Origin: Balanoglossus misakiensis
Lineage: Eukaryota > Animalia > Hemichordata
Length of the DNA: 64,000 nucleotides
Assembly (NCBI GenBank): GCA_040954595.2
Contig: CM082594.2
Span: 10,420,296 to 10,484,295 of the forward strand
Reading direction: 5' to 3'
Shown: piece after piece, positions 39,801-54,800 of the stretch
Layout: each line of letters opens with the position of its first letter
Position numbering within the stretch: the stretch's first letter is position 1
Notes under the pieces: model-generated
The model's database searches: none
Seen by the model: the letters and a program-made list of their open reading frames with translations, nothing else
Told to the model about the DNA's origin: nothing
Translations under genes and position numbers: made by a program

Positions 39801-42800
39801 TTCAGAAGTGCAGTCATCCAAAACTTTAATCTGCAATGCATACCACTGAAATCTATGGGAGAAATGGAGACCACTATTTACAAAATTCCTTTCCCGATAA
39901 ACTTTTCTTTATTTCAACAATCTAGGTAACTGAACCATAGTGAACTCCTTCAGGGCTTCATTCGTGGCCAGAATGTTGTCTTCTGTTTTTGCAGTCTCAC
40001 TTTCAAGCCTGAATGGGAAACAGATCCCAGGGTTGATTATAAAAATTCTTTGTCTATTCAGAGTTGCAGCTTCTGTGTTTGGCAGAAAAACAAACAAAAC
40101 TGGAAAAAAAGGATTCCATGCCATTTTGGAAACATGCCTGTGCACTCACTTATGACTGGCATTATGACTAATGATAGAGTCTTGTTTCTGACTGTGAGAG
40201 TGACAGTCTTCTTACAAACTGTGGATTGTTTTATCCCATCGTTTTAAGACAGGACACACAGAGCTTAAACAAACACAGGTACACACACAGAAAGCCTATG
40301 AACACCTCCCCTGAATTCTATCGAACAATACATGAAATGCACTGTAATCGACTCGATTTTCGATCGTCACTTGAAAGCCGCCAATTGCATGACAATTTTC
40401 ACCTCTGCTGCCCTGCCGAGTAATTCCATTGACAGACAGGGCGACTGAAGAGGCCAATTAAACTGGGTTATTTTCCCCCGACACGGATCGACCCCAGACT
40501 GTGTTGTTTGCAAAATGATTGCATTATTTTCATCCCCTGTTTAAAAAGATGACTCACCAAATACTGGTGGTCCGTGAGCTCTCTATAAATGTGGATCTTT
40601 TTTGAGTAATTGTCTGTGACAGATCACTTGAATGAAGGCCGCTGTACAGAAATTTAATTCCATTCCAAGATCTATTGTGTGTAAGAGAAGTCAGTCTCAC
40701 CGGGATGTAGCCCACTTTAGAAGCAGGCAAAAGGTTACGAAATGCAGATCTGGAATGATACGAGTCAGTTCCATTAGCTGGTAGTGGAAATCACAATATA
40801 TACAGTAAAATACTGGTACCAGGTTCTTGTTTGCATCTATGGGTGTCGTGAATAGCATACATTAGCAAATTTAAGCATGTCTGTTCCTACTTTTACATTT
40901 GTCTTTTTTTTCTTCCATATTTTAGTGTAGGAATATCACTAGAACTGAAGCACTAGTATTTTTAATTACAAAATGTTCCAAGAAATGAAAGCACTCACTA
41001 ATCATCCGTTCCAGAACACAAGCCTCATTGGACATCAACTTGGTCCCCGGGGGGAAATCACCTGTCACTTATGTATGAAGCATCACGCCTTATCTGTTCG
41101 CCCAGACTTCAGCTGGTGTGAGTTTATGACTGAAGAGGATAAGACCCTACGGCTGATTTCAAGGATCCTTTAGAATGATTAGCAAGATTATATTTCCTTA
41201 ATTAGCGGTGTACTGGGCTGTCAGTGCAAAGAGCAGGTTCTATCGTGGTTGGTTTGCACGCACAGCTTACTTGGCTAATCTGCTGAATTCTCACGTAACC
41301 GCATTTAATATAATTTCCCTGTCGCGCATTGTTAATATTAGAACCAGTGTGGGCACACCACAAGACAACGATGAATATGTGCTGGTTGGCAGATAAGTTA
41401 ATATTGATAGTCTTGATAAACGCAGCACGTCGTAAATCATGATGTTAAAATTTCATCAAATTGCAGTCCGTCGCTAATTTCACCGAGTGATGATTAAGCA
41501 TGTGCAGAAGACGCTCTGTTGCAATTGTGAGAAGCGACTGTTTTGTCTGCGCCGTTTCTTTTGACAAAATAAAAGCCCACCGCTGAGAAAATAGATCCTG
41601 CTGTTTTATTAAATGATTGCAAGTCTGCCACTGATCTGTCGGTACGTGTAGTTAGGACAAGTCAGGTCAACTAGAAAGTTACATTTACAGACAGTGCCAC
41701 GCGTACAGAATCATTTCCCGTTTTCTAAAGGCTCCGTGTTGACCGAGTTAGACTTGCAGACTCCTCTGTGATGCCGGAGGGTTTGTCTACAAGTTATATT
41801 ACATGTCATGTCTGATTAACTCATCTAGTGTAGGTCTCCACGCTAGCCAATCCAAATATCTATGTCAGAATTAAATAAATAGTGAAAGATTGCATAGCTG
41901 TACTGTTCAGTGACTATTCTGTGATGAGAATGCACACAGAAACAAGTGTAGTTCACACAGGATAGTACCCTGCCATGTCAGAATGACCCTGGAGCTGTGT
42001 TCATTCTCAAAGTAACCTGCCCCTGGCAGCTATCAGCATCACAAATAAACAGTTTGACCCTAGTCGACCTCAGACTCAAATTATCTAAGATCATGATGAC
42101 CTTAGTAGATGACATTCAGTAATCACTTATATCATCATCATCATCTTGGTGCTAGCTATTTATAGAACCAGGAGATACAGACCCTATTTGCCATGTGTTT
42201 GCCATCTTCTGTGGGAACATGATGGATTTCAAAAACAACTGCTCTGTGTACACATGTTTAGGTCATGGTGGGGTTTGAAAATATTTGTGTAGTGTGTTTC
42301 CGCAGCTTTAATGCATTCTTAAATGCACAGCGTGTTTCAATTTAATGTTGACTGGAGTATTTTCATCGAATCCTGGTGCCAATAACTTGTTTGACCTTCA
42401 TTGAGTGACATTGCAGAGTTTTAAAGTTGAGATTTTTTTTTTGAGGAATGGATGCACTGGTAGACGCTTGCCAAATCATGACAACAATGTGGAGCAAATT
42501 ACCAATGTCCTTTAGTTGTCACAGTTAAAATGATTAAGGCCTTTGGCCCACATTGGTCAAAGGTTAGTTTCATTAATACAGTGAAAGTAACATGATATGT
42601 GTATTTTTAAAACATCTATATTAGTATATATGTGGTGGTGGAGTTTTTATGGGGAAGATTGGAAGTGAAAGGTCGAAGGGTGAACAAACACTTTAAAATG
42701 GAGAGGTACTCCAAGGGTACTCAATACTAAAATCAGAATTCTTCTCTCAAGTACATTTATCAGTCAAGTATTATAATTCTATCATATTCAGGGAAAATAG

Positions 42801-45800
42801 TTTATTTTGCTGAAAGAAAATGTGGTAGATGTAGTTTTTCTTCTATATTCTACTCTTTATGTTTTTAATGTACTTTTGGTGGTTTGGGTTGAAACAAGAC
42901 CGCCATGGTGGTAAATTGAGCTACCTGGCTGTGTGAATATGTGCATTTGTGTTGTAAGTGTGTTTGGGTTCAATGGCCATTAATATGTCTACCATGAACC
43001 AATCTATTGCCCAGGTTAAGTCAACATCAATTAGGTGTTGATGGCTATGTTGTCAAACACTGCAAACTGCCCTAATCTTTACAGCCAGACATGGCAGCTC
43101 CCAGAGGTCTGTCGTTTGGAATTGTAGCTTTGGGCTCTGGATAATCATTCTTACTTTTGGCCGAGATTGAAAGTTATCAGTGCATTTTCGATTTCACTGA
43201 CATGACAGAACACATCTTTGCCGTACCCATGATCCTATTAGGGCTGAGTTCATCAACCAAACCCTGCAACTTGTACATGTATACAAGTGGGTCACAACTT
43301 CATGCCAGGCACAGCCCCAAGGCAATTAAGCTTCCCCAGTAAGAAAGATTTAATTTGTTATTTGAAATAACACATCGCAAGAGCTAATGGATTATTTAAA
43401 GAAACAACAACAGTCATTCAGATCAAATTAAAAATAACAGACAACCAAGGCCATGAAGCTCTCTTGATTGAAGTTTATACTGAAGCAGAATTTTCCAAAT
43501 ATTTACATTCGTTAACTTCTGATACTAGGAAATAAGTGTGTTCTTTTGGGGGAAAAGTCTTGTTTTGAGAAATGATAAAGCATAAATCCAGGAAATTGGA
43601 AGTTTTGTCTCTTGTTTTATTTCCCATCTGTATTAAATCCAGAGTGATTATGTTTGTGTGCGCATTGGATCCATAAGAAATGATTTATAAACATTAAAGT
43701 AGATATTGTAATAACATAGTTCTCAAAATGTATTGTTAATAAACACTTGAAATGAGGTGTACTAAAGCTAGAAAAGATAAACAGCTTTAAAGTGATATTC
43801 CCATGTGAAAAAAAATCTGACTCTTAAATTTGAAATTCATGAATATAGGTTAATGTACTGGTATGCAATTACCTGTCAGTATCACTATCGACCAAACCTG
43901 ACACAACAATGAAAAAAAATATCTGCTTTGCTACAAGACGCCTACATACTTTGCAAGGCATCAGGTAATTTGTATGGAAACATTTCACAGGTACCTGGCA
44001 AAATGACTTTTACAGGTACTTATCACAGCCAGCCACAATGGACCCATTCATGTGCTAACGCCCCTTCATCACAAGTCTTCGACAAACCTTTGCTCAAGGG
44101 ATGACATTTTAATCAGCATTCCTAAATGTTTATGACCAGCTCAGAGACTATTGCTACCTGCCATGAATATGAGAGGCATTGTTGGAGACTCCCATTAAAG
44201 GGGCAAAGTTGTCCACTTTAGACATTATTTAGCTAGGTTATTTTAGTTTTGTATGATAGATTATTAATGTTTTTATGGTCACTAAAATATGCTCAATCAC
44301 CAAATCAAATAAGTGTAATAAAAACTGAAGTCCAGAAAATATATGACAAGAGAAAGTTTTCCAAAGGTTGCACTTTAATTCCGACCAGTTTTCATTTCTT
44401 GTTTCTGGTGTTGTGTCATTAAAGGCTACTAAACCATGTGCACCAACTGCATGGCAGTTAATTATTGATATTTTTCAAATGGCTCTACATCTACCGGTAG
44501 ATCAGAGATGCACTTTATATTGATTACCTGTGTTACTAATGTTTTATCGTACATATTATAGCGCTTGGCGTTTGCTTTACTAACTGGGGGTTCGTTTGTG
44601 TTTTCAGAGAATGACGTATGATTGGCTAAAAGCCAGATTGTGTACATGTACATGTACTGTACATATAGCGTATGAGAGATGGCCAGTTAATCACTAGTGG
44701 CAACTGAGTGTGGTTTTGAAGAACCCCTACCCTCCCATGAACATATAGCGTGGCTGGCCAAGGCGCCATACTTCCCTGGGAAGCACATATACATTCAAAA
44801 GAAGCAATAAAAAACCAAACTGTGGGAACTGCAAGTTTTGTCAGAAAGAAATCAGCAGTAATTTCACGCATTCAACCGTGACATGTACTACAGTTGATCA
44901 CACATCAAAAGTTTAAGCCAATACGTCTACGCTGACAGTCAAAATGATAGCCTGTGATGACCTTTGACTTCCGTAGAAGCTGATTTGTTACCGCGGGGAA
45001 CGAACCTGCTCATGTGAAAAATGGGAGAAAAATTTCTACCAAGTAATAAAGAGTCACAGCAGGGGATGTGTTCTACTTTACAAAACGAGGACCGTTTGAT
45101 GATTTACACTGGAAATGGTTTCCGATGAGCTACATGCTATCTGAAATTACTGCATGTTTGTCAAATTATCCTTTGTAAGATCAGATGTCTTCATTAAAAT
45201 ATTTCAATATAACCCACTCTGCATCGCAATTGATGTACAGTACAGTTTTGAACTAGCTTTCCTGCTGGTTTAGCTCTGGGATAGCCCAAGGCTAGCCTGA
45301 GTCAGCAAATTTAGCACCTTGTCATTAAACAAGAGTGCAGGCAACATCAGACTACACAAACACTGTCATAAACTACAAAAAAGATACATGATCGTGAAAA
45401 ATATCCAATATAGTGTGGACATATATTGAAGTCGTCATCTGTCATTATTTTCAAAAAGAATATTTCAGCTGTTAAATATTTACAAAACGACACAGTTTGC
45501 TAATTTTTGTTTGTTTATTGTGTTATTTTTTCTGTAGGTTCTTCTGACTGGCGGAGTGGGGATCATAGCATGGAGGCAGCCTTCAGTGTTAGCAGTGAGT
45601 ATCTCGGTCAAAATCTCAGTTTGCACCGACAGAACTAAATAGACGATAGACTCCCAGTCAGCTGTCAATGCCTCTGGTTCACCTTTCTGAACTCAACACA
45701 CATCTTTGCAATCACTGAAACTGGGTGAACAGACAGATGGCAATGGTTGCCGTCACTTACAGGGAGAGTATTCGCAGGATCAAAAACACCGCACAGCAGT

Positions 45801-48800
45801 TGCATTACAATTAAATGATGGTTCGTCGCTTTAGTGTATGAATGTGGTCATTCGGAATCAGTGTCGTATTAAACCAATACTCTAAGAGTTAATACCGTAA
45901 TTTTTTAGCATTGAATAAGTATGTGCAGGATCTGTTGAGACTTGGCGGAAACACCAGACAGAAAAGCGCACCGGAAAATACCTCCAGAAAATCTTTTCCA
46001 CGGCGCTGGACATTTACAATAACAGACCCACTCAGCAGTAAGTCTGACCTATAGTGCAGTCGGCTGTACGGACGAAAACATTCTCGTCTATAATTATCTA
46101 TTTACGTGGGTTTTTGCTGCTTAGGTGCACATGTTACAACACATTATATGAGAGTCCGTTTTCAGCTGGTAGGGTCTGGAAGTAACTTGATGCAGAGAGG
46201 GGAGTGTGCATTTCGGAAACCGTTAATCGGGAAGATTTGATTTTATCTCTATTTGGTCCCCTCTCCTGTGTATTTGCGGATGTGACCCTGGATTCGTACT
46301 TAGTGGGGTGGTGGGAAATTCCATCTGTCTGCACTCAAGTGTGCACAATGTGGCATTCCTTTGGAGGGGATGTTTTTCTGTGTACCTCACGAAGGTCACA
46401 GACAGAGATTTTCAATATGTCGGGAAGATGCCTCATGTTCTTATGCCTAGTGGTAATATGAATTAAAGAGTGCAGCCCACAACCGTTTGCAGGATACATA
46501 GATTTCAACGTTGCTGCAGTTTCTGTCTGTTTTCCTTTCTGTTACAATAGTAAAATCATGAAAGTATATAGTGCACAAAAATGGCAGCTATTGAGGCTTT
46601 AAAATTTGGTGACGTTGACAGGTGTGATTGATGTCTGTCTTGAAGCAGTGGGATAGTTTATCAGCAGGTGTGGAAGTAGCAAATAATCGTAGATTAAATG
46701 CCGTAAATCTTGGCGTTAATGGCGATTGTGGAGACAGCAGTGATGTAGGAAGGCTAATCCAGGTCTTAACACGCATGGAGTGTTCAGTCAGAGATCACGA
46801 GTCCCGTCAAGGCGTTCAGGTGCGCTGTCAGAGAAATCCAGATCAATGTTGCGGAACTGGTCATGATTTCGCGGAGAAGATTTACTACGTATCGGTTTTT
46901 GCGAACTCGCATCTCGCAGAACCTGCTCGCACAGAACGCTTACTGGGTGATGATTATCTCGTTTTATATGCTACGCAGGTTGTAATACTGACTGATTGGT
47001 TCGGGAAGACGCCATTATTTCATTAGCGCTTAATGTGACAGAGAAAGTAGTTCGGATGGGTGGGGATCATCGCCGCGGAAATCCACTTAAGCATGGGATC
47101 TAATGAACTGGCAGTCCGGCAGTGAATCGATCCAACAGAGCTAAATATATCACACTGTTTACTCCTGTCACTCGTTTAGATTTGCAAGGACTAGTAATTA
47201 TTAGTGGTAGAAAATCAATACGGGAGAGAATTATCAGAGTATCAAAAGTCTTAAAACCCTGTCATCCAAAATCTCCCTATGCTTTTTGGAGCATCCTCTT
47301 ATCAACTTCACAAGGTTGACTGATGCAGAATAAAAAAGAGAGATTCACTGATTTATGGGTACTTTGTCCTCAGGGAAAGGTTAACAATTGACCTGAAAAT
47401 CGGTGATAAAGAAATGTAAAGGAAAAAAGGCTTTGCCTCAGGTGTTTTCAACGTTATCTTTTCAGGAGTCTTTGATGTACCGATAGGAATGGGCTGTTAC
47501 ACTTTTGAAAAGATAACCTGAAAATAAAAATTAAAAAAAAGGTGGAAAAACCTTCCTTCAGACAACAAAGCTTTCATGACACATAATGCTGCAGCAGAGA
47601 GCGAAAGTGATACAGTCATCATGAAATGTTCAGCAAATCCGTTTCTCGACTTATCTGTCCAGAAATTTCCCCCATGGACTTTTCTTAGAAAACAATGTTA
47701 CTTTAGAAAAAAATAATCCCAATTGCACGTGTTAGTGAATTTGTTTCAGAAGGTGAATGGATGATCAATATTGACCAAAAATTCCTGACCAAGGGTTAGA
47801 ATGCAAGTAGGGATTGTAAAATACCCAGATTTTGCTTTGGTATGCATTTACTGGCAAGTATGCATTTAGAGACCTTTGTTGAATGGCCATCAAATAGCCA
47901 AGTACGAGTAAAAGTGTTTACCAGCCACTCCAAACCCTGCTGAAGTTAAAAATTTAGCAACCAGCCGATAATGTCCTACAAGTGTTGCTTAAGTGTGTTT
48001 GCCAACTTCGTTTCCACTCATCGCTGTCAAAATTCAAAAGGGTTTGCCCAGACAACCTGTGTGGTTTGTGAGTGGTATGTGTATTTACTATGCTTGGCAT
48101 TAATTTCTGCAAACGTCAAAAATGTGCAGCAGAGGGTATGTCTACATTGCATTTAAAACTGAGTCCTGGAGTAAAACTTCCGGTTGAATGAGACTGTGGT
48201 GTTTGGAGAACATATTGAGCATTTATATTTCTATATTCAGGCTACTTTATATAAATTATAATTTTCCATAACACTGCCCATGCAGTTTTATATTAATATA
48301 ATCATTGCAAAGTTTTTATAGAAAAAATAATTGTGAGTGAATTTAAGTAGCTGTGATTACGAAAATCGTGTGGATTTCTACCAAATAGCCTGTTCAAATT
48401 TCTGTCGATATTAAATTTGTCCTTCTGTTAGCGTTTCCAATTTCTACTTTTGAGTATTGCATTCGCCACTTACAATTAAAACCAATTAAGGAGGACGGAA
48501 ATAATGCAGAAGTATGCTGCAATCTTGTACAGACAGTGTCATGTTCCCAGCTGTACATATGTACCTTTTATCTCAGCCGACCCCCGACCTCTTCTGTCTT
48601 CTTGTGTGGGACGCTTGCTTTTATCAGTTTGGGGGCAGCAGTGCTTTGACCACCCAAGTTCTCTTTGGGATGGAGGGTTCTTGTAGAAATCATGCCAACA
48701 CAGACTGTTCCGTAGTCTAGAATCCAATCTTGTGTGTTTTTGCGCTCTGCTCTGCACTGTGTGTGATGCGAGCATAGTGAAAAAACACACAAGTCTCGAT

Positions 48801-51800
48801 TCTAGACAAGCTGTTCTTTGCCAGATAACCAGAGAAGCATCAGTCATCGTTTTCTCCCGAAGCTATTAAAATTGACAGCTTTCTTTCATGCGAGCAACCT
48901 AGAGGAAGCGATATCGCCATTTATCAATCAGTGTCACACTGTTGCCCCTTGGTGGGTACCAGTTGTGTCTCCACAGTCAACAATCCACTCCCTGAATCAA
49001 AAAATCAAGCAAGTTGAACCACTGGTCGTAAGATTACACTTCAAATTTCCTGTCGACAAAGAACTTGCAACCAGTCATCTGTCAACACTATTTTTCTACC
49101 GCATGTAACCATGACCTTTTCCTGCGCACAACAATAAAACTATTCATTTCCCATATTAATTCATGTACGTTTTTATTCCTCTAAAAGGAGGTGAAAGAAA
49201 AATCTGTTCCCACAAGTAAATCTTCCAGAACTGTTTCCATCCTGTGTTTATTCTGCGGTCCGTTTAGGAAACTATCGTTCCTTTATGAGGCCACCAGGCG
49301 TGAAATGTTTATTCTGTGAGACGTTGATGAATGAACTTGCCGTGCAGCAAGAAACATTGAATTCACACATTGTCTATTTTCTTTAAAATGAAATAGTAAA
49401 GACCCTTATTTGGTTTTTGCTTTGTAAAGTAACTCCATCGGAAGCAAAAATTTGAGATGATTTGGAAGGCTTTTCTTTTGAATCTGTCTGCTAGGTACAG
49501 GTTCTTTCCACTGTAACTGAAGTGAAAGCCAAGATGAGTGAATATTATCAGTAAATTTGCTGCAGCTGCACTTATGCTCACTGATCCTCAAACATTGATT
49601 TTCACAAGTGCTTCACAGCCAGCCGTGGTCGTTGCTTGGCAACACCCTGTAGTTTACATGCGGTCGTTTTCGCTTGATGCGATTTTGTCGATTGTTCACA
49701 CCCTCATACAGCCGATTAGCCGCGCCAGGTGTATAATAATTCCCCTCCATCCATCCATCAGCTCTGGAGGGATCAATTTGCTGTTTGGAAACGAGAAAAT
49801 GAATTTCGATCATGGCCGACGGAGTGACCTTTTGATGAGAAAATGAACTGTGATCATGGCTGCCAGTTGACCCGTGCGTCATCGAGCTATTATACTCTGT
49901 CCATGGTCTGTTACCTTGATGAAGTCTTATACCTTAATGAAGTCTAAATATTGTGTGCTATAAGGCAAATGTCAGGGACTTCTCGATATGTGTACTGGCA
50001 TTTCTCCTCCCAAAATTGAGAAAAATTCACAATTATTGGAAGAAGTTGGCCAGAAATTGCGTGATCCATACAGTGACCATGGAGTTGATTGGTTAACAAT
50101 GTTATTTACTGTTGCCAGGAGCTAAAGCTTACAAGACACCGTGTTCGATACTTCAAATCAACACAGACAAGCACCATTACTGATATTTTAAGTACATCAC
50201 ATCCAAGGCTATACACACATGTCTTCACAGTTGAAGAGAGGTGCTTCACAAATGAAGTACCAGGTTATCTCTGGAAGAAAAAACCCCAAGTGTTTTCCAA
50301 GACGTTAAACCGGTAAATGTCATCCAGGTACCGACATCGTCACGGATTTCTCAAGTACTTCCTTGACGAAGTTAATCTTGAGTTCTCTCCTTTTGAAGGT
50401 TACCAGGGAATGCCAATCTATTATGTGAATGCTACTCGAAAACCTAATTCACAAGAAGCAGCTTATTTAACAGAAAAAAAATATCACTCAATAATGTCTC
50501 AGTTCTCAATCTGGATTCCGTTTGGGAAAATCGTCTGGATTTATTCGCTCCGTAGGTGGGATTGCAGTGCCGAGGATGATAAAGTGAATTATCCAATCAT
50601 TCGTCTTTCAGTCCTCAGTCTGTTGATAATGACCCCACTGTGATACGTGATACCCAGTAATCATCAGAATTTTCGATCGTACAACGGCAATGAAGATGAA
50701 TTCAAGCAAATCCACCAGCAGATAAATTTACAGGGCTCCCATTTCTACGCGCCAAAGTAGTTCACAGTCCATAAAACGGAATTGATGATGCTAACTTTCC
50801 TTGGCCTTGTTGCCATGGTCACTGAGAACGTCATACACATTTGTGTCCATGTAATCATTCAGGGTTGTACAATATTGGAATATTGCCCAATAAATATTTA
50901 CGTTGTGTCGTATCTTGCCATATCGCAGTTATGTCATTTTATGTGAGCAGTAAAATATTAAAGAATAGAATGACTATGGATGTATGGAGTTCGCATTTGA
51001 AATTGCTCTCGCGAACAATACATTACTGATGGGTTGTGTGACGACTGTAATTATCACCATCTCAGCGTGATCTGCTTGATTTGCATGAGTCGTTACTGAT
51101 CACAGCACATCTACAGTTTTCGCATGAGTCTATGTGTGCTTATACGTGCTATCGCGGCAACAACCACTGTCCTAGCACTGAGGGCCGGTCAATAAATTCA
51201 ATTAATCACCATCTATTTTCTTTGTAACTGCGGCATTATCTTGTCCTATGAATCAATAAAACGCGGCGTGTTGGATATCGGCATTTCATCTTTCATGTGT
51301 TGTTGAAATTCCATCATTCCATTAATGGCGTGTTTTTGCCATAGCTCGAGTGTTGGTGGCATTTCATGGTCAAATTATCTGTGGAGCAATTCTTATGCAC
51401 TAAAGTGCTCAGTGCCCAACCTGTCCGCAGAGGGCGCTACATACAGAAAAATTAGGTACAGCTGGAAATATGGTTTGTCACACACTAACATTGCTTTGAT
51501 AAATTATGTTAGTACTAAATATAAGGTTTATAATCATTTGATTTCTCCCCTCAGGTCAGTTTCTTCACGTTCCTGTCAGCCATCTGCGTCATCCTCCACC
51601 TGGTTGCCACGGTGTTGTCGGGGGAAACGGGAAGCCTGCTCAAGTCATTCTTGGTCTGCATGCGACATGACCTGCAGTATACGTGCCTATGCTGCGACAA
51701 CACGTATGAGTGCGGCCACAAGTACCGCCACATGGCAGTGGAGTTCGAGGGCGTGCTGGACTGCGACACGGTGCCCACTACGCTCAAGGAGCTGATGTAC

Positions 51801-54800
51801 ACCATCTGTGTGGTCAACGTCGTCGCTTGTCTGCTCTGCTTCATCGCCACCATCTTGGGATGCGCCAACATCGTGAAGCGCAACACAGGCAGAAGGGTAA
51901 GTGGATGGAAGTCTATGGACAATGAATTAGCACTGCGACCATACAGTTTTATTCAATCACTTAATTTCCTGTGGATGACCAGGAACTCCATGACCATTGA
52001 CCGAATTGCACAATCCAGGGTTCTCCTTTCACATGCTCCTGGCATGTAAAATGATAGGAACCTAGCTGTCAGTCTTATTTTATTACCCCTGTTATCAATA
52101 TCTGAATAATGCACATAATGCCTCTGATGATTGATTTTTGTTTGTTCTTTCAATCGTTGAAAGCCGTCAATTAAGTAGAGAAGCATTGGCTGTCACAGTT
52201 ACACAGTTACGTCCTGCAGAAATGAGCGGAGTTGTGCGTTGTTAGGTGAAGAGCGCCACCAATTGTCAATATTGAAGTTTCTGTGCGTATGTGCCTGATG
52301 CGTATGAACAAATTACTTTCAGCAGACTTGCCATTTACAAGAGTCAATTAAATAAAATATGAGCGCCTTTGCCAGTTTTGTATTCCATCAAGACAAATTC
52401 AGGATGGCACCACTTGACCTAGAAGGTCGAACTCGCAAATTTCCAACAGGAATTTTTAGAATACATGACACGGAGCAACCTCTCCGTGACACTCGTGGCA
52501 GCCAGGAGAAATATGTAATTTGGATATTTTTAACCACAGGCCGACAGATTATATGACAAACTCACCACTGATCTCTAACACTGACGTCTGCATGGATGCT
52601 CTTTTGTTTGTGGAGCTTTCCCATCTAAGGGTAAAGTATGGGACGCATCTGTACGTCCAATTGCCAGCCCAGAATGACAGCAATTGCGTCCATTTGAAAA
52701 TAGATGGATCATAAAACTTGATACAAATTGTGCAGTTAGGGTTGAATTCATCTGTGATTGTTTTTCCCTGTCAGAGCTAGTTAGTACCGGCAGCTGAGTG
52801 TGAGCCAGTTGTCAGAATCTTAAGTGAGTCGAGTTTCCTGAAATGCTCTTGCAGAGAAGTAGCGTTAAGGGATTTTGTGTGATTTCTTTTTTTAAATGCA
52901 GCAGGTGTTGTGTGTGTTCTGGAGGAGGCAGTTGAATGTGTCGTTCAATTTGCAAGCGATGTTCCTCATGGTTGATGCGGTCGTTATTTTCTATCTAGTC
53001 ATTTACGATGATTGGGCTGCGGCGTTCCAATTCGCTGGTGCTCTCTGTCGTAAATGTCTCCAGATGGCTGATTTTTCGCCAATGCCTCTTTTTCGTTTAT
53101 TGATTAATTTTCGTTTACAGTTCTGGTTTGGACGATCCCGACACCTCACCGAGCAGATCGACCCGACGACCATCGGTGAAGTCATCGACTCGGTCTTCAC
53201 GCCCCCCGTGCCCCCACCCCCATATTCCCCACCCGAGTATGGTGAGATTTCCGGAGACCCCATCATGGTCGAAGCAGCCGGCTACCCAGACGACGTGGGA
53301 ACAGACGCCATCAATCCAAACGAGCTTCCACCTCCATACTCTACGCTAGACGTGACACCAGACAGTGCCTTTGAACATTTCACATCTGAAGCGTCTCCTA
53401 TGGAGCCCATGCCGGTAAGAAACGAAACTAACCTGTGTTTAGCAACCACTAATGATATGCACATTTCCATGGCAACAGTTGTCATGGATACCACCATACT
53501 ATTAGTAGCAAACTGGCATTTGAAGAGGGGGGAACCCTGGGTGCTGTCCTGAAAAAATTCCAATGCTTACTCTAAATTAGCATTCCTCAGAGAGCACTGC
53601 ATTCATATTCTAAATTAGCTATTCAGTCTTTGAAGAAAACGGTATAAATAATTGAAGTATTTCCTGCGGTGTTGAATTGGAATGTAATTTGCAATTTCCA
53701 CCGGGAGCCAAAACTTTCCCATTCTGCATACATTGTCTGGCTGGATCGATTACTCACTTTCATCAGAGTGTTTTGTTTCGCGTGTGTGCGCACACAGCAA
53801 ATTCATCATGTGGCAAATTGTCACCCCTGTTTTATGGGGGAGAATGGTACGTCCAATGTGCAATGTGTCAGAAGTGGGTTCATCCATGCAGTGAGCTCGG
53901 GGGTGTCAGCAGGTGTGAAAAGAAATCAACATGACGTCACCAGACACTTTCAGCACAAAGCGAAATTGTTCACTTTCTAGGTGGTTAATTCCTGTTTAAG
54001 TTTCATTTCTATGCAGAGAGAAATCTATTTCATCACTTTATGCAGTGTTTGTTTACCTCACATGGGTCCTGCCATGGAAAGATCAATTGGACGCTTTCAC
54101 AAAGAACTCCCCAGACTCAGTAATAATTCAGTGATGCATAAATTAAACTCCTGGCTGGCTGGGCTGTCTATAAACGAACACCTGCCCCCGCAGTAAACAA
54201 GGCATTTGTTACCCAGCCCCCTTGATCAAAACAGACACATGTCTGTATATGTTTGTCTGGCTCACGTCCAGCGCTGCCGGTTTCGTTTCGGAGCGTCGAG
54301 CTAGCCACAGACTTGCGCACTCGCTCTACGTTCAATCATCGATATGATGTGTAGGTGAATTGAGGAGAGAGACCGCAATTAGTGAAATGACTCCACTGGC
54401 GGGTGCAGGCTCGGGCACTGTATAACTCAGCTGTCGACAAAAAAAAATCCTGTGACAATGGATTGTTGTTGTTGGAGGAAAAACACCAGACAGCAGAATG
54501 TCATTGTACGCAGGCGGCAGGTAAACAAATGATCTATTTTGATTCGTTCAATGATTGTGCAGGCTGTGTATTTAACACTGTGTTGGACCCGTGTCTGATG
54601 CAGAAACCCACCTTGTGGATTGACATGTCTGGTCCTAGTTTTGTTGCTGAATACAGACTACAGTTTCTCCATCACTTAGACTTTAGATATTCATCAAAAT
54701 ACATGTATGACCAAAGGATTGTGTTGCTCTTAAGCGATGTCTAATCTTGCAGTATGTGAGACTCATCACTGTGTATAATTCATGCTTGATGTTTTCTTTT

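Noticed and set aside
46628-47026. 132-aa ORF in ENTREP intron 2 as a nested gene
   Set aside because: No recognisable motif and no convincing splice partners; the length is plausible by chance in a GC-richer patch.
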